NCBI RefSeq assembly: GCF_016433145.1
Contig: NC_058131.1
Coordinates: 485,468,888-485,532,887 of the forward strand
Length of the DNA: 64,000 nt
Direction of reading: 5' to 3'
From: Gracilinanus agilis
Taxonomy: Eukaryota
The notes below the pieces were generated by a model. It ran no database searches. It saw only the letters and a list, made by a program, of their open reading frames with translations, and was not told the DNA's origin. Numbering within the stretch: position 1 is the first letter of the stretch; each line of letters begins with the position of its first letter. A program made the position numbers and the translations under genes. Positions 36,543 through 49,700 of the stretch are shown in pieces.

Positions 36543-36854
36543 TATATCTTAAGTCTTGTGTTAAGAATAAGACTCTTACTTCTAAATATTTTAGACTTCT
36601 TTGTTCTGTAGTGTCAGTCCATTCATAGCATGTTTTATTTGCTGACATTTCTTTCTGATTGGAAGCAGAGGAGGGAAGTTTGAGTTCATTAACCATATGA
36701 AGCATAGAAATGGTGAAGACAGGCATATGCTACCTTGAACTTTCTATAAACACACTGCATATGGAAATCATACCTACTAACCAGTCAACAAACCTTTATT
36801 GAACACTTAGTATGTTCAAAATACTTACAAGGTACAAGGCACATTTTGGTGTTC

Positions 36855-37030
36855 AATCATGTCTTACTCTTTCTAATACCATTTGGAGTTTTCTTGGTCA
36901 AGATACTTGCGTAGTTTGCCATTTCCTTCCCTAGCTCATTTTATAAATGAAGAAACTGAGGCAAACAGGGTTAAATGAATCTTCCTAAGTCCAATCCCGG
37001 CATGCTATCCATGATACACCTAGCTGCCAC
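36855..37030 (-). mobile_element. Mar1-type SINE
   Basis: ccatttggagttttcttggtcaagatact...tttgccatttccttccctagctcattttataaatgaagaaactgaggcaaacagg. Confidence 0.8.
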
Positions 37031-37059
37031 ACAAAGCTTTTTAGGGGAAAAAAGAAATT

Positions 37060-37635
37060 GAGGACACAAACTCTACCTTCTAGAAACTTACAGTCTAATT
37101 AAGAAGGCAAGACATGTACATAAAAATCTTAAGTAACAATTCAAGAGTTGAATAACAATTGGAAGCAACAGTTTAAGAGATGTCATGAGGCAGCAGAGTA
37201 TATGATTAATTACCAAATGAGTAGAATGGATAATTAGTGCTATGAAATTAGAGCAAGGTAAGATTACCATGGATTAAATTAATATGGGAAGGCTCACAGA
37301 GCAGTCAGCCTTCATGGAGGAGGAAAGACTTGAACTGGGGTGTGAAGGATAAAGAAAATGGAAATGTTATTCTTGGGAGCATCCAGTCCCAAAACTATGA
37401 TTCATATTGTCTTTTTTTTTTTTTTTTAGAATTTTCTTTTTAAACTCTTACCTTCCATCTTACAATCAATATTGTGTATTGATTCTAAGGCAGAGGAGTG
37501 GTAAGGGCTAGGCAATGGGAGTTAAATGACTTGCCCAGGGTCACATAGCTAGGAAGTGTCTGAGGTCAGATTTGAATCCAGGACCTCCCATCTCTGGGCC
37601 TGATTCTCAATCCACTGAGCAACCCAACTGCCACC
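37060..37635 (-). mobile_element. L2 fragment (37060-37350) and SINE1_Mdo (37425-37635)
   Basis: accttctagaaacttacagtctaat...ggaaggc..cagagc..atggaggagg; taaactcttaccttccatcttacaatc...gcccagggtcacatagctaggaagtgtc. Confidence 0.75.
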
Positions 37636-39906
37636 TTCAAAATTTCTTAAGTAGGCTTAACATTCCGTTTTGGACTTCTTATTTTCATTACTAATTTGTT
37701 TTTAATACCCCTATATTTACAAATCATGGGAAGAGAATCTTTAACCTAGCCCATATCAACCTTAGAATCGAAAGGGATTTTGAAGGGACCTTTGGTTAAG
37801 AAGGTTTCCCCACCCAGATCTTTGGCTGTAGTAAAATATAGAGCATAGATTATAGATGGAAGGGATCTTTGAAGTCATTTAGCACAACCCTCATTTTACA
37901 ATTGGAGAATTTGCTTTCAGACTGGTTATGTTATTTCTGATTGGTCACAAATGTAATAAGTGATAGGACCAGCATTTCAAGCCAGGTCCTCTGATTCCAA
38001 AACTATCGTTCTTTCTGTTGTGTCATACTGTTTCTCCTTCTATAATATATTGGCTATTTATGATACATTTTGGATGTGCAATGATTTGCTACTGAATTTA
38101 AGAGGATAAAAGGAAGATTTAGGATTTTGAAAGGGTGCCAAAGGAAATTTCCTATCAGTGACCTTTTAGGTCACCCATCTCCCAAGCCCAAGTACCATCA
38201 TTTCAGGACTTCTTCAAGTATTTCTGAATATACGTGTTTCAAGATTCTCTTATATTGTAAACACCATGAGGGTAGGCATCATGTCTTTTTAAAAATTCAA
38301 CTTTATTTTCAGACTTGCATGTTTTCTCTTCTGCTTCTCCTTCTTCTGTCCCTCCCCTAAGCACCGAGAGAACAAGAACAAGAAAACCTGTTATCCCTGT
38401 ATTTTTGAGCAAAACAAATTCCTCCATTGTCTGTGTCAGAAAAGGTCCTTGGTCTGTATTCTAAGTCCATCTGCATTTATCATAGTTATTAGCACATAGT
38501 GGGTGCTTAGTAAATGTTTAGTTAATCAAATTGAATTACCTGTCTTCTGATATCACAAAGATTGTCTATCTGGAGGAGTCTCAAGGGTCTTATTTAAAGC
38601 TTTACATCTCTCCCAATACCTAGGAAAGTACCCTATAGGCACTTAATAAATATATATTGATTGATTAATTTGTGATTAATGTGGGTCTTGGTATCATATG
38701 ACACATTTCATTGTATCGTTAATAAACATTATTATTATTAATTTTTCTGTAATACTACCTTCAGTGCTGTGACTTTAATCTATATTTCATTACAAAGACT
38801 GATTGTCCATTAATTATCACACCTCTTTCCCAGAGGCACATCCATGTCCTTGTGGCCCATGATGTAGTTTGTGGCAGCTAGAAATGATTGGTCTACAAAG
38901 ACTGGATATCAAGATCTTTGTCTTCACTTAAATTTCTTGGGGAGGAAAACAGATTGACCTACATTTCTGGTTTTTGCTGCATTACCTCCAGGGTTAACTT
39001 ACTTGAGCATGAAAAGACAACTACCCCTCGTATCAGAATGACTGCTGTGGTAAGCAGAAAGAATACCCAGAATTGGAGTCTAAATACCTAGGTCATGTCT
39101 CAGTATTGGGCATTTGCTGGTTATGTGTCCTTGGGTAAGCCACTTCTAATCTCTAGGCCTCAATAATTTCCCAGGTGATGGGACTCATTGACCTATATGT
39201 CTTTTCCTAGCTCTAATATTCCTTCATCTTATGTGTCTACAAATAGAAATTCAATCAATTCGTGTTAAGAAGCCCAGAAAGGAAATTATGGGGGATCCAA
39301 CCATACCTTTACAATTAGTTTTGAGAAATTGGAAGTTGGGTGGTTATTCAGTTCTAGAGTAGCCCTTGTAGGTAGATACAGATTATTTTGCAGGGTATGG
39401 GTCATAACAGAACTGCTTTAAATTGAAATTCAGGAATTCAACAAAAGGAATATCTCTAGGCAAGCAAAAAGTAGAATCTAGACAAGTCACTGAAGCAGGA
39501 AGGAGTATACAGGTATTATATCTCTAGGAAGGCAAAGTTAAAAGTCTGGGAAGTTAAGAAGAGTTAGGGAGAAAACTACTAGTAAGCAGGATTATTGAGT
39601 GTTGTGCTCTTGGTCAGAGCTTGTTTGCTCTTACATTGCTTTTTGGATGAGGGCAATTCTGGTCTCACAGGTACTGGTTTGACATGAACAAGGGCCAGAG
39701 TTAGCAGTATGGATTCACTCAGGTTTTGGGATTTACTTGAGATTCCTCATGTGTTTCTTCCATGAAGAGAGGAAGAATAGCATAGTGTAATAAACTCTCA
39801 AATGTCTTCTTGGAGTAAAAAGAAGTGGAGAAAGGAGAAAGGAAAGGATTCTATTCTCTTCCCTAGGGGCCATTGTATAGGCATTATAGTTTCCGCATGC
39901 ATTTTC

Positions 39907-40077
39907 NNNNNNNNNNNNNNNNNNNNNNNNNNNNNNNNNNNNNNNNNNNNNNNNNNNNNNNNNNNNNNNNNNNNNNNNNNNNNNNNNNNNNNNNNNNNNN
40001 NNNNNNNNNNNNNNNNNNNNNNNNNNNNNNNNNNNNNNNNNNNNNNNNNNNNNNNNNNNNNNNNNNNNNNNNNNNNN
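39907..40077. other. assembly gap
   Basis: Run of N. Confidence 1.
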
Positions 40078-40559
40078 ATCTCTCTTTGGCTCACACACAT
40101 ATACATCCTATATAGTGTTCCTATAAAAAATATTACAAGAGGGACTTGATTTAATCCGAAAAGAAATAAGAAAAAGAATCCTTAGTGACCTGTATCAGCA
40201 AGTCAAAGAGAATATTACCTAGAGGAAGAAGGAAAGGACCATTGAATGTTCTTAGGAGCAAGAAAAAGGACGGAGAATAAGTATTTATCAAGTGTTTATG
40301 ATGAAATACTATAATCACCATTTAATCCTTAACATAAGCCTGTGAGGCAGATATTATTGTCCCCATTTTTACATTTGAGAAGACTGAGGTAGAGGTTAAA
40401 TGATCTGCCTAGTCACATAGCTAATAAGTATCTGAGTCCAGGTTTGAACTTGGGTCTTTTTGATTCCTTGCTCAGACTTCTCTGTGCTATGCCATCTAGC
40501 TACCTCTAAGAAGCTACTTGTTTTTCAAGATATGAAAGTTAGTCCATTCGGATTTTTAG

Positions 40560-41398
40560 GTGAGAAGTCATCCAATAGGGTAAGAGGAAGAAGACAAAAG
40601 GAGTTGTTGCTGTTCACTCCCTTCTAAGAAGTACTCGGGCAGATAGTTCTGAATCTCATGAAAATAATGGAAAGCCCAATGTCTTCTCCCAGAGGCATGG
40701 ATACCTGGTGTGATGGAGAAACTAGTAAAATCTGTCAAAACTCATGACTACTATCCACTTACCTTGATTCACGAAGACACAAATGATGCTGCTAGAAGAT
40801 AGTGCCAAAGTATTACAAGTCTCACCAAAGATTAACAATTAAGTCTTGGGTAAGAAAATGAAAACCCAAGAGATCCAGATGATTTTTTTTTGTTACTGAT
40901 GCCAATCAAAAGAAAGGAATGACAAATGGAAAAGAAAGTTTAGGAAAGTGAACAGCTAGCTAATATGCTGGTCTCTGATAGTGAGAATTGAATTTCTGTA
41001 CCATTTCTTGTAAATATAGGAATGATGGTCCATTGTTCAGGGATGGAGAATCTCTTACAAGGGCTGGTAAGAATGTATTAGTCTTCCAGAACAAGTCATT
41101 TAACCCCCATTGCCTAACCCTTACTACTCTTGGTTGAGGGTTTTAGTATATGTGCTACCAAAACGAGCATAGGTCAGGGTTTTAAAAAAAGAATGTTTCA
41201 GTCTGCTCTCTTAAACATCTAATATATAGGGCCTTTATATATCTATCAAATTAGATATCATCTCCAGTAGTTGCAATACATGAAGAGTAACAATTGATAT
41301 ATCCAGAATGTAACAGATAGCATTAATGAAAGGAGACAGTAGCAAGACTTATTGCTTCAGATATAAATGTATTTTAAATATATAGATAGACACACATA
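40560..41398 (+). mobile_element. L3/CR1 fossil, ORF1 (SGNH esterase-like) region and start of ORF2
   Basis: tatccacttaccttgattcac...acaaatgat (YPLLLIHVGTND-like); DGPLFRDGESLTRAGKNV at about 41023-41077 (GLLxxDGxHLTxxGK-like). Confidence 0.65.
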
Positions 41399-41407
41399 AA
41401 GCATCTT

Positions 41408-42164
41408 TGAAAAAACATTTATTTATTTTAAAATATTTTTCCATGGTTACATGACTCATGTTCTCTTCCCCTTTTCTTCTCTCCTTCCTCTCAGAGCTGA
41501 CAGTCAATTCCACTGGGTTATTCTTATATTATCACTCAAATCCTATTTCCATATTATTCATTTTTGCAATAGAGTAATCTTTTAAAACCAAAATCCCAAG
41601 GCATATACCCATATAAACAAGTGATCAAGCAGTTGTTTTTCTTCTGTTTCTACTCCCACAGTTCTTTCTCTGGATGTAGATAGCATTCTTTCTCATAAAT
41701 CCCTCTGCATTGTCCTGGATTATTTCATTGCTATTAGTAGCAAAGTCAGTTACATTTGATCATTCCACAATGTTTCAGTTACTGTGTACAATGTCCTCTT
41801 GGTTCTGCTCATTTCACTCCACATCAGTTTGTGGAGGTCTTTCCAGTTTGTATAGAACTCAAGTAGTTTATCATTCCTTATAGCACAATATAGTATTCCA
41901 TCACCATCACATATCACAATTTTTTCAGCCATTCCCCAGCTGAGGCACAACCTCCCATTTTCCAATTTTTTTTTTTTGCCATCACAAAGAGCATGGCTAT
42001 GAATATTTTTGTATAATCATTTTTTATTATTTCTTTGGGGTACAAACCTAGTAGTGGTACTGCTGAATCAAAAGGCATGCATTCTTTTAAAGCCCTTTGG
42101 GCATAATTCCAAATTGCCTTCCAGAATGGTTGGATCAATTCACAACTCCACCAGCAATAGTAAC
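41408..42164 (-). mobile_element. 5'-truncated L1 inserted into the L3
   Basis: Track ORFs 41750-41965 and 41914-42138 (QPFWKAIWNYAQRALKECMPFDSAVPLLGLYPKEI); 9-bp TSD aagcatctt (41399-407 / 42165-73). Confidence 0.9.
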
Positions 42165-42173
42165 AAGCATCTT

Positions 42174-42960
42174 AATGAACCTTAGTTTAACTTAGACATC
42201 TTAATGAAAGGAGGCAAATTTGACCTTAGAGACATAACTGGCACTTAAGAATGACATCCCTGACTGAAATTTGGCTGGAGATAGGCATGTATATCTCATT
42301 CAAAGAAAAAGGAGGGTTATAAGGATGATGGTGGCATGGCATATTAAGAAGGCATTCTCATTTTAGGATATGCAGGAACCAGGGTGGAGTAGAATAGTGG
42401 ATACCATTTGGATACACATCAAGGAAAGTATAAACAGAAGTGATTTTATAGTCAGAATATTTGTATTACCTAAAGATAAAGAAAAAATAGATGAGTTCCA
42501 GGAACAGATCATAAGCCTCTCACAATGGCCAGACATAATTATGTGGAAGAATTTAGTTGTAGAGAAGCCTGAGCTCTTTCTTTGGCATAAGTAGAGAAGC
42601 TAATAATTTTTAAAAAAATTTTCTTGAATGATAATTTCATTCCTGTCAAAAACAAAATTCTCAAAACACAAAGAGAAACAGTTCTCATACAGAGGAGAAA
42701 GAGATGTTATCTGAACGACCAATGTGGATGCACAGGGAATTCACCAAGCATCTTGGATTTTAAAAAGGCATTTACAGAAGATGAAAGTAAGGGCAGATAA
42801 CAAAGCATAAATTCAAAAGTATGATGAAATACTATAACAGTATTAGTAGTGGTAACACTTAGGATGAGATGAGGATTGTGAGGAAATGTTAGAACAACGA
42901 AAAATGTTTTTTTAAAATCTGTAAGGAAGGAAACTGGCACATCAAACTATAGGACCATTG
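42174..42960 (+). mobile_element. L3/CR1 ORF2 apurinic-endonuclease region
   Basis: LDILMKGGKFDLRDITGT; track ORF 42370 IVDTIWIHIKESINRSDFIVRIFVLPKDKEKIDEF resembles ESxWxxIxG..DIxVGVYYRPP.Q.EE.DE.F. Confidence 0.75.
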
Positions 42961-43029
42961 CTCAAAGTATCTAGAAAAGTGATAATGACAACAAAAAATG
43001 TACAAAACTTATTAGTCAGTCTTGTTTGA

Positions 43030-43235
43030 TACTTTGTGTCCATGTTTGGGGTTTTCTTGGCAAAGATACTGGAGTGGTTTGCCATTTCCTTCTCCAATTC
43101 GTTTGACAGATGAGGAAACCGAGGCAAAGTAGGCCAAGTGAATTGCTCAGAGTCACTCGTCTATTAAGTGTCTGAGGCTAGATGAATCTTCCTGACTCTA
43201 GGCTGGGCACTCTATCCATTGTGTGCTGCCCCAAA
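43030..43235 (-). mobile_element. Mar1-type SINE
   Basis: tttggggttttcttggcaaagatactggagtggtttgccatttccttctcc...gacagatgaggaaaccgaggcaa. Confidence 0.85.
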
Positions 43236-43739
43236 GGAGAAAACTAAACTACTTTTGTTTGTTTTGGAACAAGGCTGTTGGGTTAACTGAACCTCTATCC
43301 TTGTTTCATTTATAAATCAATGAGCATGTTATTTAAGCAAGTCACTGATATAAATGTCAAATAGCATAAGATGGCATAATTTCCTATAGTCCTCTATATG
43401 TATGGAAGCATACTCCACTATAGTCCTGCCATGTTGAATTTGAACATGTAACAACTACTATATATTACTATATATCACTCTGTGTGAGATATATGTGATA
43501 TGGCAGCCCAGAAATCCCATTGGATTTTGGGGGAGAGTCATCATCTCATCTCTTTGATCAGTGAAGTAACAGCCATTTTACTCTACCCTAATCACTATTT
43601 ATATAGAAAATTGTATTTTATTTGAATCGTTTCATTATAGGAAAGTCATTGAGAAGTTGGTGATTATCCATGGGGAAGGCAAATGGTATATAGTGAAAGG
43701 TCTTGAGTTCATGCCATATTAGAATCCAAAGGAGAAATT

Positions 43740-44110
43740 AGGGATGTCTAGACTTGAGAAGTTAAGAATGGAAGTGGGGGTGGGGAGAAGGGAGTGGCAC
43801 GATAACTGTCTTCAAGTATTTGAAGAACTGTTATGTAGAAAGTAGATGAGACTGTTCTGTTAGGCCCTAAAGGGCAGAACCAGAAGTAGTGTATAGAAAC
43901 TGCAGTGAGGCAAATTTAGGTGTGATGTCAAGAAAAAAAATATTCTAACAATTGTTGTTATTTAATACTGGATTGAGACGCCCTTTTAGGTAGTGAATTT
44001 TGTCCTCATTGAAAATCGTGAAACAAAGGTTGGATGACCAACCACCTTTTGAGTATGTTGTGGGAAAGAATTCTTTTCAAAATAGGCATTGTATTAGATG
44101 TCCTTCAAAT
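43740..44110 (+). mobile_element. L3/CR1 3' end
   Basis: gataactgtcttcaagtatttgaag...ctgttctgttaggccctaaagggcagaacc...gaggcaaatttaggtgtgatgtcaag. Confidence 0.75.
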
Positions 44111-44134
44111 TTCTTTTCTAAAATTTAGTGATTA

Positions 44135-44250
44135 TAAATGAAAAGAAATGAAAAATGAAATGAATGAATAATGATATGAAAATAAAAAAAAAGAAAAAAT
44201 AATAATTGAAAAAAATGAAAAGAAATGAAAAGAAATGCACACACATACAC
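44135..44250. repeat. A-rich low-complexity repeat (aaatgaaaag units)
   Basis: aaatgaaaagaaatg repeated at both ends of an A-rich tract. Confidence 0.7.
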
Positions 44251-45979
44251 TCACAAAAGCAATCCATACCATTGTATTATAAGAAGAACATGCTAAATTG
44301 TCTAGGCCCTTTATTGTTGTTGTTTTTTTTTCCCCATTCCTACTCACTTATTTTTGGTGAGAGCTTTGACAGGAGTTAAGGAGATGAAAGCCAGATCATT
44401 TATTGCTTGTAAGCAGATGTAGCAGAACATTGAGAGGGGGGTGGGAGGGGGAAGGGGAAAGGTTGCAGCTCTTGGTTAAAATGAGTTTTCATTTATTCCC
44501 TGGTACCCATGGTTACATGCCAGATTTTTGTATCTTAAGGGTTTTTTCATAGTTACCAATTGACTAAAAGCTATTTTCACTCATAGGGTATCAATTGTAG
44601 AAATTTGTTTCTCATAATTACTCTTCACATAGAACTCTGGTTTGCCATTAAAGTGCCCCTTGGTGAAGAAAAGTCCTACTTGTCACAGGTCAGCTGGGAA
44701 GGAATGATTGGGAAAGGACTTACTCACTTATTCAAGGAGTAACCTGGCTTAGTAGAATTGGGTTTTCTCAGGTGTGGGAGAATTGTAAAGTAAGATATGA
44801 AAGGTAAGGAAATAGTGATGGGGTCATAGATAGAATTGGAGGAGGGTAAGACAAGGACTCGAAACTATATCAGCTGAGCTCAGAAACAAATATGTAGAGA
44901 GGTTAGATTACATTAATGGTTAATCAGTCATCTCCTCAGTGGGTGGCCTGTTGAGTCAACTGTACTTTTTTTTTTTCTTTTCCAGTAGTTGGGTTGGGAG
45001 TAGCAATGATCAGCTACCCACAGAAATATCACTTACTCAACTGGTACCATACATCCGTCAGTCTGTAACTAATGATTATAAAGCTCACATTTAAAGTGCC
45101 TATTAAAGTTTACTGTTTCCTTTCCTGTAACACCATGAATAAGGGAGTAGTTAATTATTGTCCTCAATTTACAGATAAACAAACTGAGATGAAGACAGTT
45201 ACTAGCTCAGGGTCACACAACTACCAGGTTTCAGATAAGAACCTAGTTCTCCTGACTATATATCTGGCACTCCTTTTCGACTATGCTATTTAGGTATTGA
45301 TAAATTGATAGCTTGTTATACATCCCAGCAGCCACTCCTCATTGTACAAGCTATTCGAACCTCAAGCTTAGAGAAATTCAAATGGTAAAAAGTAATTAAG
45401 ATGGACTCAGGAGATGATATTTCATGACACATCTGGCAAAGTTGTGGTAGGAAGGGAATATTGTATGGAAAGATCCTCAAACATGATACCATGGTGGCAT
45501 GGTCCATGGATGAGAGCCGGGTTAAGGAGGAGATCTCTATGGTAGAAGAAGGAAAAGGGAAATTAGAAGCAACACTAATGGATGGGAGACTGAAAGAAGG
45601 GTAGGCAGATAAATGGAGCTGGAGGTGGTGATATGGCATCAAAGCTGAGCATATGGTAATCCTTGAGAGGTAGATAGAAACAGTGTAGAGGAGGTAAGTA
45701 CAAACCCACACGGCCATGGCAAGAGATAAAAGGCTAGGACTTAAGGATTAGTAGATTTGGATGGCCCCATATTCTAACTCCTTGAACATTCTTACTTCCT
45801 TTGTCTCTTTAACTTTCAAGGTCCCAACTTCCTCATCTACAAAATGAGAAGATTGGATTAGATGAGTCCTTAGTTTCCTTCCAGGTGTAAATCTATAATC
45901 TTGTGATGATCCTTGTCATATGACATGATTTGTGTGAGGCCACGTTTGTCTTCCAACATATCAACTTCTTCTTCTTCCT

Positions 45980-46720
45980 CTTTTTTAAAAAATTTAAACC
46001 CATACCTTCTGTCTTGGAGCCAATATGCAGTATTGTGGTAAGGGTAGGCAATGGGGGTCAAGTGACTTGCTCAGGGTCACATGGCTGGGAAGTGGCTGAG
46101 GCCAGATTTGAACCTAGGACCTCCCATCTCTAGGCCTAGCTCTCAATCCACGGAGTTATCCAGCTGCCTCCTATATTAACTTCTAGTGGTAGTGATGCAC
46201 CCTTTAAGTATGGTGGGCAGTATGTCATAATGGAAAGGACACTGGATTTTAATTTTGGATAACTGGCTCACATCTCTCCTCTAACATTTACTAGATGTAT
46301 GGCCCTGGGCAAGTCTTTTTCTCATCTTAAAACTCTTTCTGTTCTAAATTTTATGAAGATGGTGCTCCTGTCATTTATTTCCAATAGGCATCAAGTTGGA
46401 GGTCAAAAGTTTAACAAGAATTTTGTCTGATTTTTCATTTTGTCCAATTCTTTTGTATCCCAGATAATGCTATTCTTAAGTCATTTTAGTCATGTCTGAA
46501 TCCTTTTGACCCCATTTTGGGTTTTCTTGGCAAAGATCTTAGAGTGGTTTGCCATTTCCTTCTCCAGCTTATTTAACTGATGAGGAACTGGAGGAAATAG
46601 GGTTAAATGATTTGCCCAGAATTACACAACTACTAAGTGTTTGAGGCTGGAGTTAGATTCTGGAAGACGAGTCTTCCCTTCCTGTAGGCTCAGCAGTGTA
46701 TCTACTACACTACCTAGCTC
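45980..46720 (-). mobile_element. SINE1_Mdo (45980-46170), MIR (46215-46350, plus strand) and Mar1 (46475-46720)
   Basis: Diagnostic motifs as in the other copies. Confidence 0.8.
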
Positions 46721-48149
46721 TCTCTAGCCCAGCTATAACCTGATGGTATTTTATAGGCTGTTGGGAAATTCTTGAATCCCTAGGTTAGGTGTCCCAAGCT
46801 TCCTGAATCCTGGGATTTCATGAGAAAACAAATTGATTTAGAGACTTGATTTAGAGTTGATTAAGTTGTGTGCTATTATACCTGACACTGACAATGAAAA
46901 GATCTTATAGAGAGGTGTCATAGGGTGATAGGTTTAGAGATGGAAGGGATCATTAGTGTTAATCTAAGAAACATTTTTGTTTTACAGATGAAGGGGCTGA
47001 GGCTGAGATCAATACCACAAAAGGAAGTTAAATAGTAGGACCTTCAATGCATTGCTCTTTTCATGACACTATTTTCCCTTGACATCTCTGGGTCTCAGTT
47101 TCTCCATCTGTCAAATGGGCTGGGACCCATTTATACTACTCCATTCCTTGCTCCTGACTTCTTCTGTCTTCTCTGTCTCCCCCAATATGTGAGACCATTC
47201 ACAATAGTTCTTGCCAGTGTTATCATTTTCTCATATGGAGAGTTGGTAAACTCTCTAATATCTTGATCTCCCCACAGATCCAATTTCTGTAGCTGCAAAG
47301 CATCATTTATGTGTGAAAACAACACAGGCATCTTTTAGATGTCCACGCTGCAAGGTTTACTGTGTGTGGCTTCTCCAAAGGGGTTTCCTTTTCCTCTCTT
47401 CTATCTTCCTGCTGCCTTTGTCTCCCTACTCAGCTCAGTTATTTTATGAATTCAAGTTAAAAACCATTTGAGACATATTTTTAACCACGTCCTGTTTAAA
47501 AAGATGTTAGCTTTTGGCAATTGTTCTATCCTCAGCTTAGATTCTAGTGAGGTTATTTGTTGTTATTGTTTTTTTTTAATCAGGCAAAAGTATTCAGTTT
47601 AAGAATAGTCTAGTGCGTGGGTCAGAGAGAATGGTTGCTGGGGATTTAGATGAAGACAGTTGGATCCAAGCTATGCTAACTGATCCTGTTTTCTCTGAGT
47701 GGGAATCTATCTGGTTTGGGCTGATGCTTCACAGCCCGAGTGTATTTTAATATCGAACACTTTCCACTAGGGGGCAGAGCAGTTCTGGGGTGGAGGGGTT
47801 GGGATAGGTCCAATCATAGAAACAGAATCATTTATTTCAAGCTCAAAGGGATCTTGTGGATCATCTATTCAACCTGCTCATTTAATTTAAAAAATTTATT
47901 TAATGTTAAAAAGAACCCCAATGCTGATATTTCCATTTACCCCACCCCCAATCAATTCACTCTTGTGACAAAGTGCAGTTAAGAAAAACAAATGATCATT
48001 GAAAAATTGTTCACAGCACATGTCTCATTCTGTTCCTGTAGCCCACCACTTCTCTATAGGAAGAAAGATGGGATACTTCCTTGTCAGTCTTCCTGAAGAT
48101 TCAACCCTCTCGATTTACAGATGAGAATAAGAAGGAGAAGAAATGGGGG

Positions 48150-49155
48150 AAGAAGAAGGGAATATACATTTATATGTGATCTTCACTGCCCTAAGTGCTT
48201 TTACCAATATCATCTCATTTGGTGCTTAAAACAACCCTTTAAGGTAGGTGCTGTTATTAGCCCCATTTTACAGCTGAGGAAACTGAGGTAGGTAGCAGTT
48301 AAATGACTTGTCCAGAGTTATGCAACCAGTAAGTTTCTGAGGCCAGATCTGGGCTCACGTCTTACTGACTACAAACCCAGAACTCTATCCACTGCACTAT
48401 CTAGCTGCCTCCAACAACAACAACAATATTAACAACAACCATGATAAAATAATAGCATTTCCCTTTATTTTTCTCAGCATTTTATTTTTTCCCAATTACA
48501 TCTAAAGGCAATTTTTAGCATTAGTTTTCTAAATAATGGCAACATTTTTACAAGTTTTTAAAGTTTGCAAAGCGCTTTATAAATCTTATTTCTTTTTATC
48601 CTCCCAATAATCCTGGGAGGGAATGCCATTATTGTCATATTTTTTTCATTAAAAACTAATTATTATTGTTATTATTTAAATTTTTTCCCCATGGTTACAT
48701 GATTCTTGTTGTCTCCCTCCCCCCTCCTGACAAGCAATTCCACTGTGGTATATATATATATGTATGTATATATATATATAATCACTCATAACCTATTTCT
48801 TCATTATTCATTTTTGTAATATAGTAATCTCTTAAAGCTCTATTTAAATGCTCACCCCCCATTGTATCCAATTATTTATTTATTTTAAAGTATTTTTTTC
48901 CCATGGTTACATAATTCATATTCCCTCCCTCTCTCCTTTTCTCTCCCCACTCCCAGAGTTGACAAGCAATTTTACTGGATTATCACTCAAAATCTATTTC
49001 CATATTATTTAGTTTTTTCATTTTTAAGCTGAGAAATGAGGCAAAAATTAAGTGATATGACCAGGGTCACACAGATTGTCTGAGGTTGGATTTGAACTCT
49101 GGCCTTTCTGCTTCCATATCCATTGCTCTTTGCACTGTACCACCTAGCTGTCTAG
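48150..49155 (-). mobile_element. MIR copies with two nested L1 3' tails and a (TA)n tract
   Basis: ccccattttacagctgaggaaactgagg; ccatggttacatgattc twice; tatatatatatgtatgtatatatatat at 48748-48780. Confidence 0.7.
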
Positions 49156-49493
49156 AGAGCTTGATGCATTGTCCAAGATTGTACAGATATCTTCTACCTG
49201 TCTCTGAGAGATCACCAGGTTTAATGGGAGAAGTGATGTGTTTCCCATGTGAGAGAAATGAATTACCATTAATATGCAATTATTAGGTACCTAATAATGA
49301 ATTCATGCAGCTGCGTTATGTCAATTGTACAGAGACAGTCCCTGCCCTCTAGGGACTTTTGGTCTAAAATAGGTTCATAGTTATATAGCCAGCCAGCTTT
49401 CAAAAGCTGAAGAGAGGCTCAAGTTTAAAGGAGATAAATAGGATCCTTGAAAATCTTATTCTGAATTATTTTAAGTGAAAAAAGGAAACTAAG

Positions 49494-49700
49494 GGGCAGT
49501 TAGGTGGCTCAATGGGATAGAGAGCCAGGCCTGGAGACAGGAGGTCCTGGGTTCAAATTTGGTTTCAGATACTTCTTAGCTATGTGATGCCAGGCAAATC
49601 ACTTAACCCTAATTGCCTACTCCATACCACTCTTCTGCCTTGGATCCAATACTTAGTATTGCTTCTAAGACAGAAGGTAAAGGTAAAAAAAGAATAAAAA
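49494..49700 (+). mobile_element. SINE1_Mdo-type SINE
   Basis: ggggcagttaggtggctcaatgg..gagagccaggcctggagacaggaggtcctgggttcaaat...gacagaaggtaaagg. Confidence 0.9.

Noticed and set aside
39733-40149. ORFs containing X runs (also 55574-56020)
   Set aside because: Artefacts of N gaps and GA microsatellites.
45316-45717. 133-aa minus ORF and purine-rich plus strand ending in GAG|GTAAGT (45693/94)
   Set aside because: Plus-strand frames contain stops; the sequence weakly resembles an antisense L2 endonuclease region, so an old LINE fragment is the simpler explanation.
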